54,618 nt of DNA from Acidimicrobiia bacterium (GTDB taxonomy: Bacteria > Actinomycetota > Acidimicrobiia > Spongiisociales > JAENVV01). Location of the stretch: contig JAGXFS010000068.1 of assembly GCA_024637275.1 (NCBI GenBank), positions 1-54,618 of the forward strand, in the 5' to 3' direction. Shown here in pieces: positions 1 to 9,425 of the stretch (its first letter is position 1; each line of letters opens with the position of its first letter). Below the pieces are notes generated by a model. That model made no database searches and was not told the origin of the DNA. It saw only the letters and a program-made list of their open reading frames with translations. Position numbers and translations under genes: made by a program.

Positions 1-1
1 T

Positions 2-712
2 CCGGAAGTCCAGCCGACTTATGCGGGTTATGTGGCGTGGCGGGCGATCACTCACGAGGCGGACTTGAGTCATGAGACTCAAGCGCTGCTTCGCGATGCC
101 ATGGTGTACCAGGTCCTCGAACACAGCCACATCCTGGCGTACGCAATCCCCCATCCCGATGGCAGAACGGTGCCAGGACAGCGGATCATCAACTCGGTCT
201 GGTATCGCAATTACGCCGAAGGTGGTCCCTATGAGTCAGTCATGACCGGCGTTGACGGGCGACGCCGAACCGGAACCATGCCTCCTGGAACGATCCGCTC
301 CGAGTTCCTGAACGAAATGTGGGTCGCCGCTGACGAACTTCTGGCACCGCAGCTACGTGAGGTTGTCACGGCGTGCCGGGAGCCAATGATTCAGGCCATC
401 TTCGATCTAGAAACGCCCCGGATGGTGTTCGGGCGGGTCTGTATCCTCGGTGACGCGGCATTCGGGCTGCGACCGCACGTGGCCGCAGGTCAGGCGAAGG
501 CTTGTGCCGATGCATGGTCGCTGCGTTCTGCGCTGGTCGAGGTGGACCATGACCTCGACGGAGCTCTGGCTCTATGGGAGCAACGTCAACTCGTCCTGGG
601 ACGCACTGCTTCAGCCAGGACTCAAGACATGGGTCATCGATCTCAGGTGGCTGGCACCATGACGCCCGGCGACCCCGCCTGGAAGTTCGGACTTTGGGAA
701 GCGGGCAACTGA
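2..712 (+). CDS. FAD-dependent monooxygenase, 2,6-dihydroxypyridine 3-monooxygenase-like (5'-partial, runs off window start)
   Basis: Frame is open from base 2 (PEVQPTYAGYVAWR). It has the flavoprotein hydroxylase GD motif RVCILGDAAFGLRPHVAAGQAKA. Confidence 0.8.
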   Translation, partial: PEVQPTYAGYVAWRAITHEADLSHETQALLRDAMVYQVLEHSHILAYAIPHPDGRTVPGQRIINSVWYRNYAEGGPYESVMTGVDGRRRTGTMPPGTIRSEFLNEMWVAADELLAPQLREVVTACREPMIQAIFDLETPRMVFGRVCILGDAAFGLRPHVAAGQAKACADAWSLRSALVEVDHDLDGALALWEQRQLVLGRTASARTQDMGHRSQVAGTMTPGDPAWKFGLWEAGN

Positions 713-716
713 GCGG

Positions 717-1019
717 CTAGACGAGACTTATCGTCACTCGCACGACGTCACCGGTATCGACCTTGGCGGAATCTCGTACCGATCGTTTGACCGGCAATAC
801 GTACGACCTCGCCTCCTTGCTGGGAAAGATGGAGGTTCTCCATTCGACCGATCCGATCCGGGCGACCACTTTGACGGACCCAAACCCGGGGCGACGCGGA
901 ACCAGGTCGCGGATTTCCTCGGCGTCGGCGCGGTGAAGAGTGACGAATACCCAGGCGGCCTCGGCGTCTGCTTCGAACAATTCGCCCTCGAATGAAAAGC
1001 TCGGTCCGGAGATCGACAC
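717..1019 (-). CDS. DUF1905 domain-containing protein
   Basis: 100 aa with family-like pattern AWVFV...GFGSVKVVARIG..WRTSIFP...YVLPVKRSVR...GDVVRV. Confidence 0.8.
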   Translation of the reverse strand: MSISGPSFSFEGELFEADAEAAWVFVTLHRADAEEIRDLVPRRPGFGSVKVVARIGSVEWRTSIFPSKEARSYVLPVKRSVRDSAKVDTGDVVRVTISLV

Positions 1020-1030
1020 CGCTTGCTTCT

Positions 1031-1660
1031 CTAGTCCCAGAGTGTGGGGTGAAGCGAAACAGGTTGCGGGATCGGTTGATCCCCAGGTTCGGTCGGCCCG
1101 ACCAGTCGCTCGACCAAAGACGCCCAGTCGAACCCGTCAGTTATCTCCGAGGCTCGCAGCTCCACCAGACAGTTCGTCGGCACGTACGTAGGCAAGATGA
1201 GATCCAGGATCTGTTCGATCTCGTCGCGGAACTTCTGATTTACGCTCCTGACCCCGTCGACTTTCAGAGGGACGTCTGGGAGAAGGCGGACAAAGAGATC
1301 GTAAGTCCCGGCCCATCGGCGAATCAGCGGCTTCACGTCGAAAGGATCCTCTCCGCCGGTTGCTCGAAGGAAATACGCAAAGTTGTCCACTACCGCCCGG
1401 TCCGTTACGAGAACGTCTGCTCGGGTGCGTAGCTCAAGCTCTTGTTGGATCTGCGCCATGATGACCCAGAGCTGGGCTTCGGGCGTCGACCCCTCATTGA
1501 GACCAAGTGGGTTGAACCTGATTACTTCTCGACCTACCTCGACGCTTCGGCCACTACGCCCGACTGCGCCAGCAAACGAATGTACGGCGTTGGTCTTCCG
1601 GACCGAGTGGGAGCCAATGAAGGCGATTTTTCGAGGCTGAGCTGTCACCGACCTGCCCAA
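1031..1660 (-). CDS. P-loop NTPase of NadR/AAA_28 (nucleotide kinase-like) type with degenerate Walker A
   Basis: KIAFIGSHSVRKT (Walker A-like), LVTDRAVVDNFAY (DR motif), YDLFVRL, DGVRS. Confidence 0.65.
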   Translation of the reverse strand: MGRSVTAQPRKIAFIGSHSVRKTNAVHSFAGAVGRSGRSVEVGREVIRFNPLGLNEGSTPEAQLWVIMAQIQQELELRTRADVLVTDRAVVDNFAYFLRATGGEDPFDVKPLIRRWAGTYDLFVRLLPDVPLKVDGVRSVNQKFRDEIEQILDLILPTYVPTNCLVELRASEITDGFDWASLVERLVGPTEPGDQPIPQPVSLHPTLWD

Positions 1661-1709
1661 TCCGGAAAGGTCGGTGCTTGAAATCCCCGTGGTGGCTTTC
1701 GGCCTTCGG

Positions 1710-2144
1710 TCAAACCAGTGCGTCGGTAGGAACGGCTACCACAGGAAGCTCGCTGGCAAGGAGGAGCTCCTGAACCTTGCTGCCGAGCAGGAACTTGCCG
1801 ACGCGTGAGCGGCGGCGCATGCCGACAACCAGGATGTCGTGGTCGATTTCGCCAACGGCTTTTTCAATTTCTGCGATGGTATCGCCGACCCGGATCGATA
1901 CCGCGTCAATGGCATCGGGGATGTTCAGGGTTTGGAGTTTGGCAGCGAAGTCGCGCTTGGCTTCCTCCATCATGACGTCGACATAGCGGCTCTGACCTGG
2001 GACCTGCTCGCGCGCTTCTCGCTCCTCATTCGAGATGACATGGAGAACGTGAAGAGAACCCCCGGTTGTGGCAGCCAATTGCGCCCCAAACTCGATTACC
2101 TTTCCGGAGCCTGCGCCCCGGTTCGCTGCTACTAGCACTCTCAT
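1710..2144 (-). CDS. Universal stress protein (UspA family)
   Basis: MRVLVA... N-terminus and DILVVGMRRRSRVGKFLLGSKVQELLLASELPVVAV C-terminal USP motif. Confidence 0.9.
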   Translation of the reverse strand: MRVLVAANRGAGSGKVIEFGAQLAATTGGSLHVLHVISNEEREAREQVPGQSRYVDVMMEEAKRDFAAKLQTLNIPDAIDAVSIRVGDTIAEIEKAVGEIDHDILVVGMRRRSRVGKFLLGSKVQELLLASELPVVAVPTDALV

Positions 2145-2192
2145 CGTCCACTTCTCTCATTCGGATGTGCTTAAAACTACACCCATTCAGCC

Positions 2193-3542
2193 GTGGCCGA
2201 ACGACCTCAGAATGCCTCAATGCTCGACCGCGCAAACGACCGGCTGCCGAGCTGCAGTACTCTGCTGGGCATCAAGACTCCCATTCGCCCACCGACTCGC
2301 CCCGAGCACACCGCAGCTGACGATTGGTCCGGTCTCGGCCATCTCGTATCCCTGACCGTTCAACGTCTTACTGACCCGGTCGAAGGGATGCACCGCGCCA
2401 TCTCAGATCGGTGGTTTCGTTTGGGAGGTAACCAGATTCAACCGGTCGCTTGGGTCTATCAAACTGTGACCGCTGGAATCTACGGATCGGTAAGGGGTGC
2501 TGGTTCGGCACTCGGTTCGGCTCTGTCCGTCGGTGCCGCCGTCGTGCAGCGAACGAGGCCAGTGCCCCTCCTGTGGAGGTCCGGACCGGGCAGTCGGGTC
2601 CAGGCCGTTGCCAATGGCGTTTGGGGGGACCGATTTGTCGGCATGGAGAGCCCACTGTCGATCGAGATGGCTTTTCGCGGCCGTCATGGAGACCCGATAG
2701 TCCTCGACCCGGCCGCTGATCACTCAAGTGTCGAACGTCCGAAGCGGCGGTTGGCAGTGCTCATTCATGGGCTTGCTGAAACCGAGGCGATCTGGCGCAT
2801 CTCGACCCTCCCCGACACCGAGGATTCGGGCCTTGCAGCAGCCCTCACCGAGGATGGCTTCACGCCACTTTTGCTGCGATACAACAGCGGGCGTTCGGTC
2901 TCTGAAAACGGACAGGCACTAGCGGCATTGCTCGATCAAGTAATGGCGTCCTGGCCCGTCCCGATCGAGGAAATCGCGTTGGTAGGCAACTCGATGGGTG
3001 GCCTCGTAGCACGGAGTGCGATGCAGGCAGGTCAGGTGGCTCGACTCGGGTGGCCAGCTGCCGTCCAACGGCTGGTCGCTGTCGGCTCACCCCACCTGGG
3101 GTCGCCGCTCGAAAAACTCGCAGCAGGCGCATCGCGTGCTCTTCGTTTCGCCCCTGAGACTCGGCCGCTGAGCCACTTCCTCGAATCACGTAGCCAGGGC
3201 ATCAAAGATCTCCGCTCCGGCGCCATTAACGATGATGAAGTGCGGGCCGCACGATCTGTGGAGCACTTCGTGTCGTCTCAACCGGCCGGCGTAGAACATC
3301 TTTTCATCGCGGGGGTCGTCACGGCAGACGTTGACCATCCGGTGGGAATGATGCTTGGGGATCTCATCGTCCGGGCGAAGAGCGCCACCGGCCGAGGTCG
3401 GTCGAGATCGGTTGAAGCAAAAGAGGCGGTTGTATTGGGCGGACGCAGGCACTTCGACCTCGCTGGCGATCCGGATGTCATAAGCCAGGTTCGAAAGTGG
3501 CTTTCCCCCGACCCGCATCCAGCCGATGCCGAGGCTACCTAA
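2193..3542 (+). CDS. Alpha/beta hydrolase (PGAP1/lipase-like); start uncertain
   Basis: VLIHGL oxyanion motif, nucleophile elbow GNSMGG, GSPHLGSPLEK, GDLIV (Asp), HFDL (His). Confidence 0.8.
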   Translation: MAERPQNASMLDRANDRLPSCSTLLGIKTPIRPPTRPEHTAADDWSGLGHLVSLTVQRLTDPVEGMHRAISDRWFRLGGNQIQPVAWVYQTVTAGIYGSVRGAGSALGSALSVGAAVVQRTRPVPLLWRSGPGSRVQAVANGVWGDRFVGMESPLSIEMAFRGRHGDPIVLDPAADHSSVERPKRRLAVLIHGLAETEAIWRISTLPDTEDSGLAAALTEDGFTPLLLRYNSGRSVSENGQALAALLDQVMASWPVPIEEIALVGNSMGGLVARSAMQAGQVARLGWPAAVQRLVAVGSPHLGSPLEKLAAGASRALRFAPETRPLSHFLESRSQGIKDLRSGAINDDEVRAARSVEHFVSSQPAGVEHLFIAGVVTADVDHPVGMMLGDLIVRAKSATGRGRSRSVEAKEAVVLGGRRHFDLAGDPDVISQVRKWLSPDPHPADAEAT

Positions 3543-3756
3543 GCGAATCGTTGCCAGGGTCCCATGCGGTTCAGTTGCTGACATTTGTGTCGGCGGACTG
3601 TCACGCCCAACCTTCATTTCGATGCCCACGCAGTCGTCCAGGAAGGCAAAGGGGGCCTTGAGAGCTCGACAGTGGTTCGGTCCTACTGACGTGTCGAATC
3701 GCCCGGTAGCAAGCGTGGGTTGTGGGGTGTGGATGCGGGAAAGTAGCTTCAAATGA

Positions 3757-3912
3757 CCCAACAAGAAACCCACGGTGCAAATCGCCCTTGATTCAACGGA
3801 CGATGGTCGAACCAAGATATCCGTGGCACACGAACGCTTAGAGAAGTTTGAGGAGGTCGAGCAGTGGAAGTTCTACTGGTCGGAATGGCTTCAGGCTATC
3901 GACTCCCGCTAG
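3757..3912 (+). pseudogene. Orphan C-terminal gene fragment (SRPBCC/DUF4287-like tail)
   Basis: Manual translation gives PNKKPTVQIALDSTDDGRTKISVAHERLEKFEEVEQWKFYWSEWLQAIDSR*. This resembles the final strand-strand-helix of SRPBCC-type proteins, with no convincing upstream coding part. Confidence 0.45.
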
Positions 3913-3933
3913 ATCGCCGGGCCGACAAAGTTG

Positions 3934-5739
3934 TCAGTTGGCTGGCTCAGAACGAGTGAGGATGATGGCCGTGTAGGGCGCCAGGCCGACGGTAAGCGAC
4001 GCAGGCATACCGTCGAGTGACGAGGGTCTAGCTTCGGCCTGTGTGGCTCCGGATCCTTCGTAGCTTTCGTGATACACGGGAGCGTCACCATCGAATACGA
4101 CGTCCCACGTGCCTTCTGACGGGGCACCGATTGAGTAGGCATCGTGGCGTTGCTCGGCAAAGTTGGCGACTACGAGAACATCGTCGTTGGGCCCGCTCTT
4201 GTCCCAGCGGTAGAAAGCGATCACTTTGTCGGTCTGGTTGACATGATGAACCCGGACATGCTGGCCGGTAAGGCCAGCCGTCCGTCCGTCGACGTTGCGG
4301 CGGAGTCCGATCAGGTCGCGGTACATGCGCACGACGCCCGACTCGGTGTCGAGTCGGGCCCAGTCGATCGCATGGTCGTCACGAAACCATTGACCCTCGA
4401 GTAGTTCTTGACCCTGGAAGATCATCGGAATCCCGGGAGCGGTGAAGACCAGAGCCGCGCCAAGCGCGGCGCGTTTTCGAGCGTGCCATCCGCTCGCATT
4501 GCCTGGCCAGATCTCCTCAGGCAGGCGGGCACTTCCGTTGGCCACTTCATCGTGTGACTCGGTGTAGATGACCCGCCGGAATCCGTCATCGCCGTAGCGA
4601 TGATCGATCGCCCGGGCCACCGACGTCATGTCGCGGCTTTGGTCGTCGCGGATGGTGAGGACCGAACGGATCGGATGCACAAAACGCGAGTCCCATTGGG
4701 CATCAAACCCCGCTCCCCCATTGGCCGTGGTTTCTGTAATGGCGGCCTCGCCGAGCAAATCTTCTGCTATCGATACTTTCCACGGCTGGCGGGAATTGAT
4801 TTCGTCGTTGATCCATTGCATCAGGGTCCAGCCGTCTTCGAGGTTGGCGCCGGGATCCGACCCGCCCCACACGTTGCGAATGTGGGCAGTCGCGTCCCAG
4901 CGCAGGCCATCGACGCGATATTCTTCCAGCCACGTCAGAGCGTTGTCGCGGATAAAGGTTCGAACTTCGGGCCGGGCATAGTCGGGCCGGGTGTGTCCCC
5001 ACGGCGTCTGAGCTCGCCAGTCGTTGTAGAAATAGATGCCGCCACCATCATTCTCGCTCCAACCATCGAAGCGCCAGAGGTCGAGATCGGACGGTCCGAA
5101 GTGGTTGTAGACCACGTCCATGAATACGGCCATGCCCTTTTCGTGTGCGGCCTTGATGAACTGCTTGAAGGCGTCCGGTCCGCCGTAGTTTGACTCTATT
5201 GCGAATGGATGTGCCGGGTTGTAGCCCCAAGATCGCTCGCCGGCGAACTCCATGGGTGGCATCAACTCGATCACGTTGATGCCAAGGCGCTGTAGGTGCT
5301 CGAGCCGTTCAATGGCCGATTGAAAGTTCCCGGCGCTCTCGCCTGGCTGGTCGGTAAACGTACCCAGGTGGAGTTCGTAGATAACCATCTCATTCCACGG
5401 TGGGGTCCGGTAGTCGTCCGGCACCAGCCAGGGATCGCCATCATGGGGATAGATCACTCCGTTGCCAACGCTGTTGGTCACCTGCCGTACATAGGGGTCC
5501 ATGCGGAGCATCGACTCGCCAGCAGTGATAGAAAACTTGTATTCGTGACCCACCAGGGCGCCCTCGACCCGCTCGGCCCAGTACCCGTTGTCCTCTCGCA
5601 AAAGGGCATCTGCCTCGGGAGACCAGTCGTTGAAGGTGCCTACGACCGAGACCTCTTGGGCATTTGGTGCCCAGACTCTGAACGTTGTGCCAGTGTTGTC
5701 CGGGATTGCCCCCATCCCCGCAGAGAGTTCAGCGGCCAT
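3934..5739 (-). CDS. GH13 alpha-amylase family enzyme with N-terminal CBM48 (GlgB/TreZ-like)
   Basis: FRVWAPNA, IYELHLGTF, WGYNP, DVVYNH and catalytic DGLRWDA / IAED / ESHDEV motifs. Confidence 0.9.
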   Translation of the reverse strand: MAAELSAGMGAIPDNTGTTFRVWAPNAQEVSVVGTFNDWSPEADALLREDNGYWAERVEGALVGHEYKFSITAGESMLRMDPYVRQVTNSVGNGVIYPHDGDPWLVPDDYRTPPWNEMVIYELHLGTFTDQPGESAGNFQSAIERLEHLQRLGINVIELMPPMEFAGERSWGYNPAHPFAIESNYGGPDAFKQFIKAAHEKGMAVFMDVVYNHFGPSDLDLWRFDGWSENDGGGIYFYNDWRAQTPWGHTRPDYARPEVRTFIRDNALTWLEEYRVDGLRWDATAHIRNVWGGSDPGANLEDGWTLMQWINDEINSRQPWKVSIAEDLLGEAAITETTANGGAGFDAQWDSRFVHPIRSVLTIRDDQSRDMTSVARAIDHRYGDDGFRRVIYTESHDEVANGSARLPEEIWPGNASGWHARKRAALGAALVFTAPGIPMIFQGQELLEGQWFRDDHAIDWARLDTESGVVRMYRDLIGLRRNVDGRTAGLTGQHVRVHHVNQTDKVIAFYRWDKSGPNDDVLVVANFAEQRHDAYSIGAPSEGTWDVVFDGDAPVYHESYEGSGATQAEARPSSLDGMPASLTVGLAPYTAIILTRSEPAN

Positions 5740-5811
5740 GAGTTTCAGCGCTCTCGGGCGACGGGTTCGAGTAGATCAAGTGATGCATCCGGTCATCCTG
5801 CCATGTGCGAG

Positions 5812-6273
5812 CTAGAGAGATGCGAAGAATCGGGCAGGCACGCCTTCAGCTCCCTCGAACTTGAGAAACGCTCCGAAGAAGGCGAATCGGGTGCCGTCGG
5901 TCGGCAAGGCCGAGAGATTGGTGAGGGACTGCATCAGAACAGCCCCTCCTCGGCCAATGATGTGGTGGACCACGAAATCTTCGGGCGAGTAGTCAGTCTG
6001 CTTCGCCGAAGATTCCGGGAAGCAATCGAACCCGATTGCCGTCACGCCGGTTGCTACCAGCCATTGCGCCGCCTCCGGGCTACACGATGGCGAACCCACG
6101 TAATAGTCGGGGAAAACGCCCCAGCTGCGATCAGTCCAACCGGTGCGGACCAGCGCAATCTCGCCTGGCTCGGGTCTGGCGTTGCATCGTTCGAGGTCGG
6201 CCGGCGTGATGATATGGCCTTCGGCGAGTTCACCGAGATCGAGAACCACTGCGTGCCCGCAGGTACGCGACAG
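5812..6273 (-). pseudogene. Cyclase family (kynurenine formamidase-like) protein, 5'-truncated
   Basis: LSRTCGHAVVLDL...IALVRTGW...AAQWL...IGFD...LTNLSALP...GAEGVPARFFA matches the C-terminal part of the family. The N-terminal HxGTHxDAP metal motif is absent. Confidence 0.75.
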
Positions 6274-6680
6274 ATGAGCTGGGATGCTTCGATAAGGGCC
6301 GATATGGCGCCTACCCGCCAGACGAGTGGCCACAGTCGCTGAAGTCTCTTGAACAGCAGTGGTAAGAGGATCCCCAGGGGCGCGAGGAGCAGCAGATTGC
6401 CAATGATGTTGTATGACGCCAAGCCAACGCTGGTGTCGCGGATCAGCTGAGTGATGCTTGCAAACGGGACGAAGTTGTAGCTGCCGTACCACGAATATAG
6501 GACGATACCCATGGGAAAGAACGTGAAATAGAAGACGAGAAGTGACCACAGGAAGAGTGCCAGCACTACTGCTTCTCGAACAACGTCGGCTCCTTGGCGA
6601 CGCCAAATAATGATGCGCCAGACCGCCCATATGACGATTGCCAATGCAATGAATCGTGGCGGCTCGAATGTGACCATCAT
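6274..6680 (-). pseudogene. VanZ family membrane protein, 3'-truncated
   Basis: YNFVPFASI...NIIGNLLLLAPLGILLP...SALIEASQLI. Similarity stops before the expected R-x-x-D-x-D-D-x-x-x-N helix. Confidence 0.75.
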
Positions 6681-6772
6681 CGAAGGTACCCCTGGCTGAG
6701 TTCAATGAGAACTGTGACGGCGATCATAGGACTCATCCACCGCTGCTCGATCAAAGTACGACCAGATGCTTT

Positions 6773-7729
6773 TCAGTGCGTTGGGAGCCGGGCCAGCGCC
6801 TCGAGCACCGCTGCCGGGAAACTGTCTTGACTGCCATGGCCCGCGTCATCGAGGACGTGGAGTGCCCCAGTCGTCCAACGCTTATTGAGTTCCCAGGCGG
6901 TGTCGAGAGGGCTGCTGACGTCGTACCTTCCATGGATCATCGTCCCGGGTATACCGTTCAGTCTCGGGGCTTCAGCAAGGAGTTGGCCTTCGGGAAGGAA
7001 CGCTCCATTTCGCCAATAGTGGGTCACGAGGCGGGCGAAGAGGTAGCGGAATGCAGGGTCTTCATACTGGGGGCTCGGCTTGTGACCGGGTGTAAGCGAC
7101 ACATGGGCATCTTCCCAGGCGCACCACTCCATGGCGGCGTAATGGCGGAGGTCCGGGTCGGGTGCGTTGAGCATTTCGCCGTACGCGTCGACGAGCGGCA
7201 TCGACCGGTATTCGGGCGGGACGGCCTGTGAGAATCGCTCCCACTGCTCCGGAAAGATCCGCCCGACGCCTTCAGTGATCCAGGACACTTCGCGCTGAGT
7301 CGTCATGGTAACGAGACCCAGCACGAGCCCTCGGACTCGATCCGGGAAAGATTCCGCGTATGCCAGCGACAAGGTGGTTCCCCAGGAGAAGCCGACGACA
7401 TGCCAGCGATCGATCTGTAGGTGCGTTCGGAGTCGTTCGATGTCTGCGATGAGGTGGCCTGTGCTGTTGACGCTGAGGTCAGTTGCCGAGTCGCCAGCGA
7501 GTGGGCGGCTGCGTCCGGAGCCACGTTGGTCAAGCAGCACGGCACGGAACCTGGCGGGATCGAAGAGTCTCCGCTGGCCCGGCGAGCAGGCCGAACCCGG
7601 ACCTCCATGCAAGAAGAGCACCGGCTCTCCTTCGGGGTTGCCGCAGGTCTCCCAGTACATCCCGTTTCCATCGCCAACATCCAGGAGGCCGCTCTTGTAC
7701 GGTTCAATGGCGGGGAAATATTCGACCAC
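6773..7729 (-). CDS. pip: Proline iminopeptidase (S33)
   Basis: YWETCGNPEG, LHGGPG, DQRGSGRSRP, GFSWG nucleophile, HGRYD, AGH. Confidence 0.92.
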   Translation of the reverse strand: MVEYFPAIEPYKSGLLDVGDGNGMYWETCGNPEGEPVLFLHGGPGSACSPGQRRLFDPARFRAVLLDQRGSGRSRPLAGDSATDLSVNSTGHLIADIERLRTHLQIDRWHVVGFSWGTTLSLAYAESFPDRVRGLVLGLVTMTTQREVSWITEGVGRIFPEQWERFSQAVPPEYRSMPLVDAYGEMLNAPDPDLRHYAAMEWCAWEDAHVSLTPGHKPSPQYEDPAFRYLFARLVTHYWRNGAFLPEGQLLAEAPRLNGIPGTMIHGRYDVSSPLDTAWELNKRWTTGALHVLDDAGHGSQDSFPAAVLEALARLPTH

Positions 7730-7839
7730 ACCACGCAGTGTAGGTTCGGAACCTGGCGATGGCCCGTTTGACCGTCTAACCTTGACTCATCCACTCGCGT
7801 GGCTTAACGAAGGACCGGTCTGAGAGATGGCCGGTCGAA

Positions 7840-7870
7840 AGAAGAGACCTTGCTGAGCAAGGTCTCTTCT
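7840..7870 (-). terminator. Intrinsic terminator-like hairpin downstream of marR
   Basis: Perfect inverted repeat AGAAGAGACCTTGC-TGA-GCAAGGTCTCTTCT, 11 bp after the marR stop. Confidence 0.75.
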
Positions 7871-7881
7871 GGTTTTGCGGT

Positions 7882-8358
7882 TCAGGTTGTCTGGTTTTGC
7901 ACTCGAAGTATCAACGTTTCGCAGATGTCGCGAAGCTGTTCTTGCTGAGATGCTGATAGAGGGCCAAGCACCACGCGCCGGACTTCGTTGACGTGACCGG
8001 GGGCGGCCTGCTCGATTGTCTGGCGACCCAAGTCGGTCAAGATGGCGATCTGGCCGCGACCGTCGGTCGGGCATTGTCTCCGCTCGATCCATCCGTTCGC
8101 TTCCATCTTGCGCACTGCATGACTCAGGCGACTGGGTGAATACTCAAGGAGGTCTGCCAGGTCACCCATTCGGGCTTGGTAGTCAGACGCTTCAGAGAGT
8201 GCAACGAGCACGGCGTAATGGGCATGCCCCATGTCGGCGTCGCGCATGAGTTGCCGATCGAGAGCGCCGTCAACGATGCGACTCGCCAGGTTGAAGGCTC
8301 GCCAGGTGGCCTGCTCCTCGTCGCTTAGCCACTGAACTTCGGCGATGACCGGGCTCAT
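7882..8358 (-). CDS. MarR family transcriptional regulator
   Basis: WLSDEEQATWRAF...YAVLVALSE...RMGDLA...SRLSHAVRKME..GWIERRQCPTDGRG. Overlaps the dioxygenase stop (ATGA). Confidence 0.93.
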   Translation of the reverse strand: MSPVIAEVQWLSDEEQATWRAFNLASRIVDGALDRQLMRDADMGHAHYAVLVALSEASDYQARMGDLADLLEYSPSRLSHAVRKMEANGWIERRQCPTDGRGQIAILTDLGRQTIEQAAPGHVNEVRRVVLGPLSASQQEQLRDICETLILRVQNQTT

Positions 8359-9230
8359 GCGAACTGAACCGAGCGCTTGGCGAACCCGAACTGGTAGTCG
8401 TCGATGACGGTTGTCGGGGCAAGTTCGGGATTGGTGGCGGCGCCAAGAGCGATGAACAAAGGAGTGAAGTGCTCGACTGTTGGATGGGCGTAGGGCATCC
8501 CCGGCGCCTTGTTGTAGTTGGCGAGGGTGTCGAAATCTCCGCTGGCGAGCGCCTCAGCGACCCAGTGATCGAATTCTTTCGACCATCCGGGGATTGCGTT
8601 GTTCTCGAACATGTCGCGAGTTGCGAATGGAAGGCCGTGGGTCATGAATCCGGACCCGATGATCAGAACGCCCTGGTCCCTGAGCGGTTGGAGGCGTCTC
8701 CCAAGATCGAAAAGGCGCTCAGGGTCGTGGGTTGGCATGCTCAGTTGGAGGACCGGAACGTCGCCATAGGGGTACATGACTTTCAACGGCACCCAGGCGC
8801 CGTGGTCAAGACCCCGGCTCGTATGCTCGTGTACGGGTTCGGTGTCCGGCATAAGTGCGGCCACTTGCCGGGCGAGGTCTGTCGCGTCTGGGGTTGCGTA
8901 CTGCATTGCGAAGTACCGCGGTGCGAACCCTCCGAAGTCGTATACGAGTGGCGTGCCAGCACCGGACGCCGACAAGCTCAGCGGGGCAGACTCCCAGTGG
9001 GCGCTGACGATCAGGATTGCTTTCGGTTTTGGCAATGACTGTGACCAATCAAATAGCTGATCGATCCAGTGCGGATCATCAAAAACTGGCGGAGCTCCGT
9101 GGCTCAGGTAGAGCGCTGGCATCGGACCGGACTCGGTCGTCCAGACTGGCTGGGTTGCACTTCCGGGAGCCCTGGTAGCGACGAACCTATCGAATGCTTC
9201 ACCGGGATTGACCGGATTCATGATGGACAT
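8355..9230 (-). CDS. Class III extradiol dioxygenase (LigB/DODA/YgiD-like)
   Basis: LYLSHGAP, VSAHWE, YDFGGF, RGLDHGAWVPL, GSGFMTH, AHPTVEHFTPL. The ATG at 9230 has an AGGAG RBS. Confidence 0.9.
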   Translation of the reverse strand: MSIMNPVNPGEAFDRFVATRAPGSATQPVWTTESGPMPALYLSHGAPPVFDDPHWIDQLFDWSQSLPKPKAILIVSAHWESAPLSLSASGAGTPLVYDFGGFAPRYFAMQYATPDATDLARQVAALMPDTEPVHEHTSRGLDHGAWVPLKVMYPYGDVPVLQLSMPTHDPERLFDLGRRLQPLRDQGVLIIGSGFMTHGLPFATRDMFENNAIPGWSKEFDHWVAEALASGDFDTLANYNKAPGMPYAHPTVEHFTPLFIALGAATNPELAPTTVIDDYQFGFAKRSVQFA

Positions 9231-9251
9231 GCCAACTCTCCTGGTAAATAT

Positions 9252-9294
9252 TTGAACGTTCAACATAATACCACGAGCTTCCTTGAATCGTCAA
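9252..9294. promoter_or_regulatory. Two TTGA-N4-TCAA palindromes, putative MarR operators
   Basis: TTGAACGTTCAA (9252-9263, perfect) and TTGAATCGTCAA (9283-9294) lie just upstream of the dioxygenase-marR operon. Confidence 0.6.
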
Positions 9295-9425
9295 CTATTC
9301 CATCGAAGGTGCTTGACCCGAATGATCACCAGATGGCCCTGTCCGGTGGGTAGGTCACTTGATAGACTTCCATCATTCCCTGATGCCAGCGGGGCAGGCG
9401 GGGTAATCGAACGAGGGGGTTCGTC

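Noticed and set aside
3526-3912. Possible second UGA readthrough (ORF 3526-3756 TGA in frame with 3757-3912)
   Set aside because: The upstream part is not protein-like, the UGA is not in a redox motif, and I saw no SECIS-like hairpin.
5812-6705. Single 297-aa cyclase ORF as listed in the track
   Set aside because: Its N-terminal half is an alternative frame of the VanZ fragment and lacks the cyclase metal motif.
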